Origin: Octopus bimaculoides
Taxonomy: Eukaryota
Length of the DNA: 55,645 nt
NCBI RefSeq assembly: GCF_001194135.2
Contig: NC_068982.1
Coordinates: 131,660,061 to 131,715,705 of the forward strand
Direction of reading: 5' to 3'
Of the stretch, positions 13,331-26,716 are shown piece by piece. The stretch's first letter is position 1; every line of letters starts with the position of its first letter. Under the pieces are notes generated by a model, which did not search any database, was not told where the DNA came from, and was given only the letters and a program-made list of their open reading frames with translations. The position numbers and the translations under genes are program-made.

Positions 13331-13521
13331 ATTATCAGTAACATAAAGAAAGTTATGATATATATTATAACATTCTATATCCGCTATCATTAAAGACTTT
13401 CCCTATATATGCTTAACTTCAAATATAATTAACACTCAGTTCAAATGATGCCGAGGATTACTTATTTCTACCTTGGCGATATTTTTTCTTTTTTAGACTT
13501 TTCCTCTTCACTTTTTCCATT

Positions 13522-13548
13522 CCGATGAAGAGCTATACTCGAAATGTC
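13522..13548 (+). ncRNA. Penelope-type minimal hammerhead ribozyme motif with one core substitution
   Basis: CCGATGA-A-GAG-ctata-CTC-GAAAT-GTC, with U4 changed to C. A more degenerate duplicate is at 9252-9278. The downstream flank gtcaaaaactctctc...tgagcgtcaa recurs at ~21370, so the flank is a dispersed repeat. Confidence 0.5.
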
Positions 13549-13934
13549 AAAAACTCTCTCTTTTTCTTGAGCGTCAAGCTAAGACATTCTATGTGTTTGT
13601 CCTCTTGTTTGTTATTTTTAGTGTTCGTTTATTTGATGATATATATATGTATATATATATATATATATTAGCCAAGAATGAAGGGACGTATCCCCGACCC
13701 TTTTCAGGGCTTTCGAGACAGGTGAGGAGGGAAGAAAGTATCCTCTAACCGGATTGAATGCTTGCAACAGGGTAGACTCTGCTCAAGACATTCGAGGTAG
13801 TGATGATAAACTAGGTATAGGGGTAAGCCAACCATCCAACTGGGCCATGGCGGGATTTGAACTCAGGATGCAAAGATCTGGGTCATATATCGCAAGATAA
13901 GCAATCAAACTTTATTACAGTTCCGCCAATACAT

Positions 13935-14083
13935 CAACCTGGATTAATGTTTATTTTTCGACCCAGAACGGATAAAAGGTAAATCTGAACTATGCGAGAT
14001 TTAAACTCAGAGTGAAGAAAGTCAGAAGAAATACTGCGATGTATTCTGTCCGATGCTCTATCGACTCTGCTGATTCGCCGCCT
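13935..14083 (-). mobile_element. Diverged SINE family B fragment
   Basis: Ends ...gactctgctgattcgccgcctt, the reverse complement of the family B head. Confidence 0.65.
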
Positions 14084-17000
14084 TTGCACTCAAAAAACAA
14101 ATTCACAGATTGTAATAGTATCGTATGCATCTCTTCCTATGAAAATCTAGTCTTCTATCTCTTATTTTATATATCAATATTATTATACGTTATTATATTA
14201 TTGCTTTTGTTAAATTCAACTCTTACCAGCGTGCACTTTGCCCTCTGGCATTCCAGGAACTATAAAATACGAACGTCCCAACAACTGAAGTCAATTCAAT
14301 TGACTGTTATCCACCCATCCCATATGTATGACTTTGTTCATAGGTTAGAGATAGTGACACAACGTGCAATATTAGCTTTGTAGTAAACATACACGAGTCA
14401 ACTTCAATACCAGTCACGAAGCCTTCAAGTCTAAAATACTTCACACTTTATATCGATAATAAGGGTTCTATATGAACCTTATGTTTAAGGTGAAGGGAAA
14501 TAGTAAGCTGCAAACTTCAGGTTTTCCAAAGGGCATTAGTGAAGCATTTATTTTTTATAAAAATTTCTGTTAATATCGTTTCGTTTTCCCCAAGACGCTT
14601 AATAACATTGCAGAAGATATAAAAATTACAAGATACTATTACCACATCTTACCTTAAATTTTAACGATTACGACTAGTTGAAACACCTATTAGTTATACA
14701 GTATTCTTCGCTATAGCGAACTGCTCGTCAGAAAATACATTCACCTTGGTCCTGGGTTCCTTGCACATAGGAAGATAGCAGGATGGTCCTGATTAGAATG
14801 CTTTTGATCTTAGCCTTGCTTCATCAGGAATGACCTGAGGATAAACAACTGCAGAAACAACAGTTTGCTTTTTGTCTTTTGGGTGTCGATCAGTTACAGT
14901 AATATACTGAAGTTTATAAGTCGACGTCATGTAAACGAGGAAACCACTTCTAAAAGCGCTCTTCAGAATATGATTTGTAACTCATTAACATGATCAACAT
15001 AGTGTTAAAGCTTTTCTCGAGTGCATTTGTGGTATCTTAATATGGAAATAAATCGACTTGTGAAGTTGGTTAGCTTCGATCCTCATCTTAGTTATACACC
15101 AAAATGAAATAAATACTGAACAGGGAATGGAAAGTGTATAAAGTTTAAGACTGAACAATGACTATTTGAAGACAATGTTTAATAAATTTTTTATTGCCAA
15201 GGCTTTGATAATCTTGTTATCTCATTTACTTGTTCACAAATGTACTGACTTCCGTGATTTTTTTCTCTCTCTAGATACTATATAATAGCAAAATTATTTG
15301 GCTATAAAAAATCTTCTCGTTCCACCATCTAACTTTCAACTTCTTTCAAACTTTCTAAATCTGCTCAAAACACTTTTTCTCACGCTGCATTACTTACAGC
15401 TCGGTCCATATGTAATTTGTTTGGGGAGGCAGTAAAATGGGATGGACAAATATCTATACCATTTCAAGATTTTTCACAGACTCATTAAACTGATGCAACT
15501 GACATGCAGCATGAACGTCCATTGATCACTTTTTGCAGAAAAAAGGTGAACTCGGCAGGAAGTTTAATTGGTTGCAGTCCCAAGAATGATGAACAAGACA
15601 AATGTTTAGAGAGAAAGGAAACACAATAAGGTTTATAGGACGAGAAGAGACTGGTGGTTTAGTTGTGTCTGGAAGGCGAAAGTGAGTAGTTTACAAATTC
15701 AGAAGTGTGCGACTTATTGTAAGAACGATAGAAGAAACGAACGAGAAACAACGCGACCGTATGCGGTTCATGTATACCGGGAGAGAATATTTGCCAAACA
15801 GTTTGAATAGCCACCTTTTGAATGCAGTTCATGATGTTTGTATGATTAGTAGCAGCACCACCCCGTACTTGTCAAGTGAGATCGTTGTAATCTATTTAGA
15901 GAAAACGTAAGTTCTCTCCTCCTATAAATTCCTCGAAGCTGCTAACCTGCAAGAATGCAAACTGGACATTCACCGTATTACCTCATCTAGTCCTTTCTAC
16001 AGAATTGCATTAAATGACTTTGAAATATGTCTCCTTTCTATTTATTCTTCCATAGACTAAACTATACAGTTACGCAATCTAATTACTTCTTTGTATAAAT
16101 AGTTTGGTTCTCTATTTTGTTTAGCCACAAAGCTCGCAATACATACTCAAAGCTAATATAGCGTTCAATTATTTCTTAAGCGTATGAGTAATTTAAATGG
16201 AAATAAATAGTTTCATCTCGAGATAAAAACTGCGTTTAACTTTTGAAATGCAGATAATTTGCTTCTTTTCCTGTTGTACCTTTCATTTTCGCCAATATAT
16301 CACTTGCAGAAGCACTAAATTACCTTTTAGTATTTAATTGTGACCTTGTTTATTGCCAGTTCACGTAGCATACAGTTCAACTTTGCCTTTCGTGCGTCTG
16401 GTGTGGATAAAATAAATACCACTTAAATAATAATGTCGATTCAATGGATTATACCACACCTATATGTTGGCTTTGTTCCAATAAGAGAAATTAATACACC
16501 CCAAGATGATAACTTTAACAGTGGTCTAACGATTCTCAACAGTGTTATATAAATAGTGAAGCAGCATCAACTTTAGATGCTATTTAAAGTGTAACAATTT
16601 TATAAGAAAAACATTGAAACAGCAAAGGTTACAAAATACAAATATATATATATTAAGAACAATCTCTATTCCTTTGCAATGATTTAATGACAAGTACATC
16701 GAAGCACACGGTAAAGATTTCATTGCAGATTTTATTATTGTAACTAATTCAAATCTTGCTAAGATGTAACTTTGCTCTAAAAAGCTGGACTCGATTCGAT
16801 CAACTACATACGACCTAACCAAATAGCCTTGCGTCAAGAGAAAACGAATCTCTTGAGAAGATGGGTACGAGGAAAATGCTAGCTCCTTGTGAATCGATTC
16901 TATGAGTCTTCAATTTCTGCCGTAAGTGAATTCCTTTCACTTAGGCAGTTAATGTCTTTGAGAAAAACATGAGCGTTGCCTTTTGTTCCTTTTCGCAATA

Positions 17001-18345
17001 AAATTGTGGTCGATTTGTTAAAAGAAATCAGTATATTGATTATATATATTATTCTCATTTTATGTAAAATTGTTAACGGGCAACACAGGAAAAACGGATT
17101 TGCAAGCTGTTTTTATTTCCCGTTCTCTTTACTTATACTGTTAATGTTTTTAGAAAAAAGCATAATCGTTACAGCTTCCTATTTTGTTTAGCCTTAATCT
17201 TCCACTTTTTACTTATATAACAAGGAAATCTTCATCATGTGAACTCTTGAATGAAAAACTAATCGTGTTTACCAATCCGAAAAATAATCATATTTCTTCT
17301 AAAATAAGATTTTTATAAACAACCAAATACACAACAGGCTATTCTTTTCGAATGGTCGGAAGGTTGTTAACTCTATAATTTGGAACTCTATTATTTGACC
17401 TTTGTTTATATGTATGTAATACTTTAATAGAATTCTCGCCTTATCATTTAACATGATACGATCAAGGAGCCAACGAAGATGTTTCCACGAGTCCAGTTCG
17501 CCCGCTACAATGGCAACTAATTAATTTTCCATTTCTATCCATCCTACCGTCTTAAAAATATATTAACATACCGGAAAATTGACAACAGAGGAGATTGCAT
17601 ATTTCTAAAGATATTTCATTAGAAGTGGTCAGATCACATCATTACAGTGTTCACATAACATGCATAAAATGATGCATCCAAATACAACAATAGTAGAGAA
17701 TATTAAATGGACTCAGCCATCGGCGTGTGCCACATATGGTATATTGGGATATAAATGATTATATTTTCCAATGTGTCCTTTACAAATTTATGGCGGTAAG
17801 TAAATTTGATTTGAAATAAATTTGTTTCCAGTATTTAGCAAATCGAGTACCTGCGTGAAGCCTTACCTCTTTACCCAGACTAAATTTTGTAATTATTATG
17901 TATTACCAGATTATAGATAATCGAAACAAACTATATGAAAGGTGCACCAACCTTGATCCTGCTGTTTGTGTATCATCAGTTATATTACTCTATCTAGCCT
18001 TTATTTAAGATGGTAGGGTGTAACTATGAAAGACTTAGCTGCTATTTTCGGTGGGCTGAGCAATCATGTGACATTACACTGTGAAAAAATTGGCTTTAAA
18101 CAATTCCCTCTGTCTTATTACCCTCTGCATCTTCTCCTTCCCTCTGTTTTACACTTTCAATTTCATATGCTCAATTTAAATGACTCAAGTAACAGGCTAG
18201 TTATTTCTTTGGATCGCCTTTGGAGACAGCGTGATTCCTGACTAAAGGTGTTATGCGATTATTTATCTGTTTATTTATTGATTGATTATTTTTTATTGTT
18301 GCTACTTATACACACATCTACTTGTTAGCATCACTATGAGTTGAT

Positions 18346-18747
18346 TTTAAGGCGGCGAGCTGGTAGAACCGTTAGCCCGCCGAAAAAAATGTTTAGCGGC
18401 ATTTCGTCCGTCTTTACATTTTGAGTTCAAATTCCGTTGAGGTTGGCTTTGCTTCCACCACTTTGAGGTCGATAAAATAAGTACCAGTCAAATACTGGAG
18501 TTGATGTAATCGATTTCCTTTCCATGAAAAAATGCTAGCTCTGTTCCAAAATTTGAAACCCTTTTTAGATTTTTCTGAAGGCTACAAGCTGGCAGTATGG
18601 TGAGAACGTCGGGCAAAAGACTACGCGCCTTTAGTTCCGGTTCTTTACGTTCTCTGAGGTCAACTTTGTCTGTCATCATAGTTCTCAGAGTTTATAAAAC
18701 AAAGTACCTGGTCGAATACTGAGGTCGATGGCATCTATAGACGAACC
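18346..18747 (+). mobile_element. Two tandem SINE family B copies
   Basis: aaggcggcgagctggtagaaccgttagc at about 18349; second diverged head gctggcagtatggtgagaacgtcggg at about 18590, running into the gap. Confidence 0.8.
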
Positions 18748-19374
18748 NNNNNNNNNNNNNNNNNNNNNNNNNNNNNNNNNNNNNNNNNNNNNNNNNNNNN
18801 NNNNNNNNNNNNNNNNNNNNNNNNNNNNNNNNNNNNNNNNNNNNNNNNNNNNNNNNNNNNNNNNNNNNNNNNNNNNNNNNNNNNNNNNNNNNNNNNNNNN
18901 NNNNNNNNNNNNNNNNNNNNNNNNNNNNNNNNNNNNNNNNNNNNNNNNNNNNNNNNNNNNNNNNNNNNNNNNNNNNNNNNNNNNNNNNNNNNNNNNNNNN
19001 NNNNNNNNNNNNNNNNNNNNNNNNNNNNNNNNNNNNNNNNNNNNNNNNNNNNNNNNNNNNNNNNNNNNNNNNNNNNNNNNNNNNNNNNNNNNNNNNNNNN
19101 NNNNNNNNNNNNNNNNNNNNNNNNNNNNNNNNNNNNNNNNNNNNNNNNNNNNNNNNNNNNNNNNNNNNNNNNNNNNNNNNNNNNNNNNNNNNNNNNNNNN
19201 NNNNNNNNNNNNNNNNNNNNNNNNNNNNNNNNNNNNNNNNNNNNNNNNNNNNNNNNNNAATATAGCACATCTAGAAAAATTCGTTCCTAATTGTAAGTTT
19301 AACGAGTGTGATTTAGTTTTAATTTCATTGAAATGATAAGAATAAATATAACATTCCCCGCCTCCTCGTAACTA

Positions 19375-19435
<61 letters not shown>

Positions 19436-20019
19436 CAGGTTTCATTGACGCCAGCAGGGGTAAACTACTATGGATCTTCTTGCTTCCCTATGACAAATCT
19501 TTGACAAAACTATGTCAGAATGCGGAAATGCTACCTAAAAACAGAAATTTATTTAAGCGATTTCCTAATGATTAATTAATTAAGTCATTTCATTTTATGT
19601 TATTTATTTATTTATTAGCAGTTTCTTTTGCACCCTAGCATAATAGCGTTCCTGATTTCTTCTGCAGCTATATTTAATGTGCTCTTTTAAATGAAACCAC
19701 AATGTTAATTAAGAGCTCTGATTTGCTATAGTGATTATTGGGATTAACGACAAAACTACGATTATCTATAGTTACTCCCTTCACTCATAAAAAAAAAAAT
19801 CATTATGGTGTTATTCATCTAGAAGTTATTAATCGACTTCAAGACAGCCTTATTTGTCTAACGTTAATAACACTTAAGTACTCTGAGTGTTATCCATGAA
19901 ATTAACAACTGATTCTGGAGTTCATGAAATTTTCTATTCGTTATGTATACAGAGGCCTAGTTTTGTAGGAGTTTCGTGAATTTAGTATTTGATATTGCTT
20001 TAGTCACTGGTTGAAGATA

Positions 20020-20185
20020 GAAGGTGGTATGCTGGGAGAATCGTCAACACATCAGACAAAAAGCTTAGTGGCATTTCTTCCGGCTCTTTACGTCCAGAAT
20101 TCATATCTCGCCAAGGTCAACTTTGTCTTTGATCTCTTCAAGGTCGAGAAAATAAAGTACCTGTGAAGATCTGGGGTCGAATTGC
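20020..20185 (+). mobile_element. Diverged SINE family B
   Basis: aaggtggtatgctgggagaatcgtcaac...aaggtcgagaaaataaagtacc...ctggggtcga. Confidence 0.7.
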
Positions 20186-20424
20186 TGCAACGGACCAGCA
20201 TTCCGTTGAGAGGGATTGCTGTGTTATGGTTTACTTATACGGCATGAAAAACCAGGTAACCTATCTTATGAGTTCTAAGGCTCAGGAAAAAAAAATCAGT
20301 TGAACGCATTAAAGTATACTTAAATGGTTTTACTGCTGTTCGCTTCAGTTCTGAATATCCCTTGAAATGATCAACAGAAATATTTTATAACACAACAAAA
20401 TGATTTTAACTCCGTTATTTCCTT

Positions 20425-20657
20425 TCATCTTTTACTTTTTCAGTCATTAGACTGCGGCCATGTTGGGGTATCTCTTTGAAGAATTTTTATCCGAGTGAAT
20501 TGAAAACAATACTGTTTTAAAACATGGTACTTATTCTATCGATCACTTTTGCTGAATAGCTATGTTACGGGAACGTAAACACAGCCAACACCAGTTGTCA
20601 AGCGGTGGTGAGGGACAAACACGCACGCGTATGAATATATATATATATATATATATA
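20425..20657 (-). mobile_element. SINE family A 3' module running into (TA)n and a gap
   Basis: cagtcattagactgcggccatg...ccagttgtcaagcggtggtgagggacaaacac. Confidence 0.75.
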
Positions 20658-21131
20658 NNNNNNNNNNNNNNNNNNNNNNNNNNNNNNNNNNNNNNNNNNN
20701 NNNNNNNNNNNNNNNNNNNNNNNNNNNNNNNNNNNNNNNNNNNNNNNNNNNNNNNNNNNNNNNNNNNNNNNNNNNNNNNNNNNNNNNNNNNNNNNNNNNN
20801 NNNNNNNNNNNNNNNNNNNNNNNNNNNNNNNNNNNNNNNNNNNNNNNNNNNNNNNNNNNNNNNNNNNNNNNNNNNNNNNNNNNNNNNNNNNNNNNNNNNN
20901 NNNNNNNNNNNNNNNNNNNNNNNNNNNNNNNNNNNNNNNNNNNNNNNNNNNNNNNNNNNNNNNNNNNNNNNNNNNNNNNNNNNNNNNNNNNNNNNNNNNN
21001 NNNNNNNNNNNNNNNNNNNNNNNNNNNNNNNNNNNNNNNNNNNNNNNNNNNNNNNNNNNNNNNNNNNNNNNNNNNNNNNNNNNNNNNNNNNNNNNNNNNN
21101 NNNNNNNNNNNNNNNNNNNNNNNNNNNNNNN

Positions 21132-21365
21132 AAAGGTAGCGAGCTGGTAGAAACGTTAGCACGCCGGGCGAAATGCTTAGCGGTATTTCGTCTGCCGTTA
21201 CGTTCTGAGTTCAAATTCCGCCGAGGTCGACTTTGCTTTCATCCTTTTGGGGTCGATAAATTAAGTACCAGTTAAGCACTGAAGTCGATGTAATCGACTT
21301 AACCCCTTTGTCTGTCCTTGTTTGTCCCCTCTATGTTTAGCTCCTTGTGGGTAATAAAGAAATAA
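21132..21365 (+). mobile_element. SINE family B, long-tail variant
   Basis: Head and core match 13117, but the tail is ccctttgtctgtccttgtttgtcccctctatgtttagctccttgtgggtaataaagaaataag. Confidence 0.9.
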
Positions 21366-21549
21366 GAAAGGTCAAAAACTCTCTCTTTACTGAGCGTCAA
21401 ACTAATACATTCGTTGTGCACGTCCTTTTGTATTGTTAATTTTATTGTTGTGCGTGTGTGCATGAGTGTGTGTGTGCATGAGTGTGTGTGTGCATGAGTG
21501 TGTGCATGAGTGTGTGTGTGTGCATAAGTGTGTGTGTATATATGTTGGT

Positions 21550-21905
21550 GTGTCTGTGTTTGTTCCCGCAACATCACTTGACAACCAATGCTGGTGCGTT
21601 TACGTCCCTGTAACATAGCGGTTCGGCAAAAGGGACCGATAGAATAAGTACTAGGCTTACGAAGAATAAGTCCTGGGATCGATTTGTTCGACTAAAGCAG
21701 TGCTCTAGCATGGCTGCAGTCAAATGACTGAAATAGATAAAAGGATATATACGACGAGCTTCTTTCAGTCTCCGTCAACCAAATCCACTTGTAAGGCTTT
21801 GATCGGACCGAGGCTATAGTAGAAGACACCTGCCGAAGGTGCCACGTAATGGGACTGAACCTAGAAACACGTATCTAGGAAGCAAGCTTCATACCGCACA
21901 GCCAG
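21550..21905. mobile_element. SINE family A 3' module (+) abutting a family A head (-)
   Basis: 21550-21745 matches the 3' module on the plus strand; 21746-21905 is the reverse complement of the head. Confidence 0.8.
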
Positions 21906-22517
21906 AACTACGCCTAAGATTGCTAAGATTTCTTTTAGAAAACAGACTTGTAAATAAGAAAATAATGTGTTCATCTTTAAAATCCTTATTATCTGACACG
22001 AAAAAAAAAAAATAAGCATACTTCATTTTTAAATTTGATCCATCCTATAAAAGTTCCTGCACAATTTTTCGCTCACGATTAATTGTCCATTTACAACTGC
22101 GTGGCTTGTAATATGTGGAATTTAGTGTCTTGTCTGTGGATGAACCTAACGCTATTAATAGGATAAAAAACTGCTGACTATTCAACCAGTAGCCAAATCT
22201 TATATCGACTTCAAAAGAGTATTTTATGGACTGTATAACAATATTCTTTGCTACAGATGTGTTATGTAGTTATAGAGCGAAGTAAAGCCGAATAACATTT
22301 TATATCATGTACAGTTGTAGGAGACAGACGGTTACGTTGACTGTGATGTGTAGTATGATGCCTGAAATAAGCTAATGCTGCGTAGCTGGATATCGACAAA
22401 TAGAAGAATTAGGAAATCTCTTAGAACTCTATGACTACAAATGCAAGCTATTTAGTAAGAACATATATATACCTATGTATATACCTATATGTGTGTGTGT
22501 GTGTGTGTGTATATGTG

Positions 22518-22580
<63 letters not shown>

Positions 22581-22624
22581 GGTGTGTGTGTGTGTGTGTG
22601 TGTGTATATGTATGTATGTATGTA

Positions 22625-24170
22625 TCATAAATGAAATGGAAAAGTTCAAATCAGGCAAACTACAATGAACACATATGTGTACGGATTTAATTAAGATAAA
22701 AATTGCCCAAAATAAAACATACATTAATATATTAAAAATATTAAAAATATTAAAAATATAGTAATATATGAATATCAAAAATATATATGGACATATGAAT
22801 ATACGAATATTATTGTATAAACATAGTAATAAATAATATAATGAAATATAGGAATATATATATATATAAGTGTTCTCAAAAAAGAATTGAAGACATAGTG
22901 AAGAGATAATAGGCATAAAAATAAGGTTTCGGTTTGCATATTAAAAGAAAATACCCCAACGGCCATTTCTGGGGATTCATTCGTTCGGGTAAAAAATGAA
23001 TCTTAAAATTCATTTTCAGAGAATGTCTCCTTCATCAAGGAAAAGTGATATTGATGGTAAATATGCATTCAGTGCAATGCCAAGGTATGCGATAAACGCA
23101 AGGTTTTATAGAAGAACACATATAAGTATGCAACTAATGCAAATCTTTATGAGGGCTGATAGGAGTAAAAATTACATTACTTACTGAATTTATTGTAATT
23201 TATATTCGGTGGTATATCGTTATGTGCAAGAAGATGTTAAGTTGTGCGACGGAAATTACTAAGGCTATTATTGAGTTAATTCAGACTTATAGAGTCTCAT
23301 GAAAGTAGAATAGTATCTGTGATTACACGAATGAATAACGTCGGAAAACCTATTTAATATAATAGAATTATACAGGCGAAGGATTGTGTAGGATTCTTTT
23401 ACTCACGTTCTACATCTACCTATAATCGTATTGTATGGTGGGGCCTTATCNNNNNNNNNNAGAACGTGAGTAAAAGAATCCTACACAATCCTTCGCCTGT
23501 ATAATTCTATTATATTAAATAGGTTTTCCGACGTTATTCATTCGTGTAATCACAGATACTATTCTACTTTCATGAGACTCTATAAGTCTGAATTAACTCA
23601 ATAATAGCCTTAGTAATTTCCGTCGCACAACTTAACATCTTCTTGCACATAACGATATACCACCGAATATAAATTACAATAAATTCAGTAAGTAATGTAA
23701 TTTTTACTCCTATCAGCCCTCATAAAGATTTGCATTAGTTGCATACTTATATGTGTTCTTCTATAAAACCTTGATGAAGGAGACATTCTCTGAAAATGAA
23801 TTTTAAGATTCATTTTTTACCCGGACGAATGAATTCCCAGAAATGGCCGTTGGGGTATTTTCTTTTAATATGTAAACGGAAACCTTATTTTGATGCCTAT
23901 TAATATCTCTTCACTATGTTTTCAACTCTTTTTTAAAAACGCATTTATTTATATTCCTATACTTCATTATATTATTACTATGTTTATACATTCATATTCG
24001 TATATTTATTTGTCCATATATATATTTAATATTCATATTTTTAATATATTTTTTATATTTTAATATATTAATGTATGTTTTATTTTGGGCATCTTTTATC
24101 TGAATCAAATCCATACACGTGTTCATTGTAGTTTGCCTGATTTGAACTTTTCCATTACATTTATTATACC
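22625..24170. repeat. Long inverted duplication (foldback) centred on a 10-N gap
   Basis: 23101-23411 is the exact reverse complement of 23461-23771. The outer arms (22625-23040 versus 23772-24170) are about 88-90% identical by eye. Confidence 0.9.
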
Positions 24171-24253
24171 TGTCTAACGTCTTAGGTTCGACTTGAGCGC
24201 TTCTATGCGGTCTCTGTGTTTCGTAAGAAAAATTTAATCATATAAATATACAT

Positions 24254-24289
<36 letters not shown>

Positions 24290-24292
24290 TCG

Positions 24293-24329
<37 letters not shown>

Positions 24330-26014
24330 TACGTTTGATATGCATTTAAAGTTGAATATAAATTACAGTAAATTCAGTAAATAATGTAATTTTTTCTCCT
24401 AAAGTAATGTAATTACTAGGAGTAAAACTTTAAAGTTGAAGTTTCGGATAATTTGTTATGATCGCTTGATATATCCTTTCCAAATAGAGAATGGGGGAAT
24501 GAGTATTTTTTTTTTCAATGTTCTCCATTGAAATTTGTAAATTATTCAGATCCTTCTTGAAGCCTTATGCTTGTGAGGTGATGATATTCTAAAAATAACA
24601 TATACGTTTGATATAGAACAAGAAGTGTTTCCAATGTAGTGTGAGATAGAGTGGAAGAAATGAACACTAGAAATAGAATAAAAGTGAGTGAAAGCAGACA
24701 CAGCAGATTAATGTTACTCTTCTAGCTAGCCGAAATTTTAGACCGCTTTTGATTTACGGCGGAATTCACTTCACTTATATTTCGTTCAAGTAAATGAAGT
24801 CGAGGGCAAGAGTTTTGATTGTGAGAGATTTTGTCAGATTAGGCTCCCCTTAAAACACTATAATAGTTGTTGTTGTTTGATGTTGTTTATCCCTAGTAAA
24901 GCTCGTATCAAACCGACATATAATCAATGAAATTTCAACCATAACTATTCCGTCCTAATTTTTTTTCTCAGACAATATTTATCTGGGAATATTATATTAT
25001 CTGACATGTTTTTCTGTTTTAGATCGTTAACTTTTGATTTTAAGGAAATATGACTGTATTTTTTCTAACATGTTCAAGAAGACGAAGGGCTCATAATGGG
25101 TCTCTTTGCTATTTTCGTCCTCCTGTCTTCGCACTTTCACTTTATATATTCGGATTAAATGACTGAAATATCAGGTTAGTTAATTCATCGGATCGTTTTG
25201 AGAGATGTATTTTTGATTAACTTAATTTGCAAGTGTGATAGAAAGGAGGGGTGTTTTCATATATATATATCGACATATTGACATCATTATTTTTAATTTA
25301 TCACCTAATCACTAAGTAGTATTTATTTTTCACTCGTAATTTTTAAAATTTATTTTCTTTGCTTATTTTTTTTAAATGGCCTTAGAGTAAGTAATATAAT
25401 TTTGAAATACAATAAATCGAATTAAAGCAAAAAGCTTGTTGTTATTCAGCAAATTGTAGCAATTTTGATTCCTAAATTTTCGTCAATTTCAAAAAAAGGA
25501 AGATGTTTAATGAATTTAAAATTAAGTGATATGATACTTTAAGCAAAATATAAAATACGAATTTATAAATTCATCTTTAATTATAAATGTAAGGATTTAG
25601 TTTTGATTTCTGTTTGAAGCTATTTTACTTCTCTTACATCGAAATGGCATGAATGAATGCAACACTTCCTCCTTATTTCTTTACGCATTCCGGCCAGCTG
25701 AGTTATAGACGAAGGTTTCATTTACGGTGGAATTCTCTTATATGTTGCTCAAGCAAATGTTACCAAATTCGACAGTCTTAAATCTAAAAGATTTTATCAG
25801 ACTTGGCCCCATCCCCGCCTACGAAACAGTATATTAGTTGTTGTTTATTTACAGTAAAGCATGAATCACACAAAGATATAATCAATAAAATTCCAACCAC
25901 CCTGGTTTCTTTTCGGACGTTATCCAAAATGCCCTTTCATTTCCAAGATGGTCTCACTTGGTTTCAGGAAGATTTGATTGCTCTTTCTAACAGGTCGAAT
26001 GACTCTATGCAGAG

Positions 26015-26716
26015 CAGTGGTTCTCAACCATTTTTGACATCTGGATTCTCTTGATTCCTATTTTGCTCTACTGTACCCCCATCGTCATTTGATGTCAAAA
26101 AAATTCTATCATATTTTAATAATTAAATACTAGGAAAATTAGGAAATGTATAGGCGCAGGAGTGGCTGTGTGATAAGTAGCTTGCTTACCAACCACATGG
26201 TTCCGGGTTCAGTCCCACTGCGTGGCACCTTGGCCAAGTGTCTTCTACTATAGCCTCGGGCCGAACAAAGCCTTGTGAATGGATTTGGTAGACGGAAACT
26301 GAAAGAAGCCCGTCGTATGTATATGTATATATATATATATATATNNNNNNNNNNNNNNNNNNNNNNNNNNNNNNNNNNNNNNNNNNNNNNNNNNNNNNNN
26401 NNNNNNNNNNNNNNNNNNAGGTCCCCGTAACTTAGCGGTTCGGCAAAGATACCGATAGAATAAGTACTAGGCTTACAAAGAATAAGTCCTGGGGTCGATT
26501 TTCTCGACTAAAGGCGGTGCTCCAGCATGGCCGAAGTCAAATGACTGAAACAAGTAAAAGAGCATTAAAAAAGCGTAAAATATAGGAACTGTATAGAAAA
26601 ATTGTTGAACAATTTTTTGTATTGTAGAAGTGTAACTAATTTATTGCATATAAACTTTAACAACAAAAACTTATATGGACCCACAAGGTCATATGGACCC
26701 CAGTTGAGAAACACTG
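26015..26716. mobile_element. hAT-like non-autonomous element containing a nested SINE
   Basis: TIRs cagtggttctcaac and gttgagaaacactg (13/14). The 8-bp flanks are degenerate (atgcagag versus atcgagat). Confidence 0.65.
26152..26582 (+). mobile_element. Complete bipartite SINE family A with TSD
   Basis: Head ggcgcaggagtggctgtg...ggttcagtcccactgcgtggcacc; internal (TA)n and gap; 3' module. The 14-bp TSD taggaa(a/c)tgtatag lies at 26140-26153 (overlapping the start) and 26583-26596. Confidence 0.92.

Noticed and set aside
15190-15620. Possible mariner transposase remnant on the minus strand (QLHQFNESVK)
   Set aside because: Only one short motif-like stretch; no TIR or catalytic motif could be confirmed.
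26152-26225. tRNA genes at SINE heads (also 13117 and 40352)
   Set aside because: A- and B-box-like motifs are present, but I found no complete cloverleaf. Each continues into a SINE body, several with TSDs.
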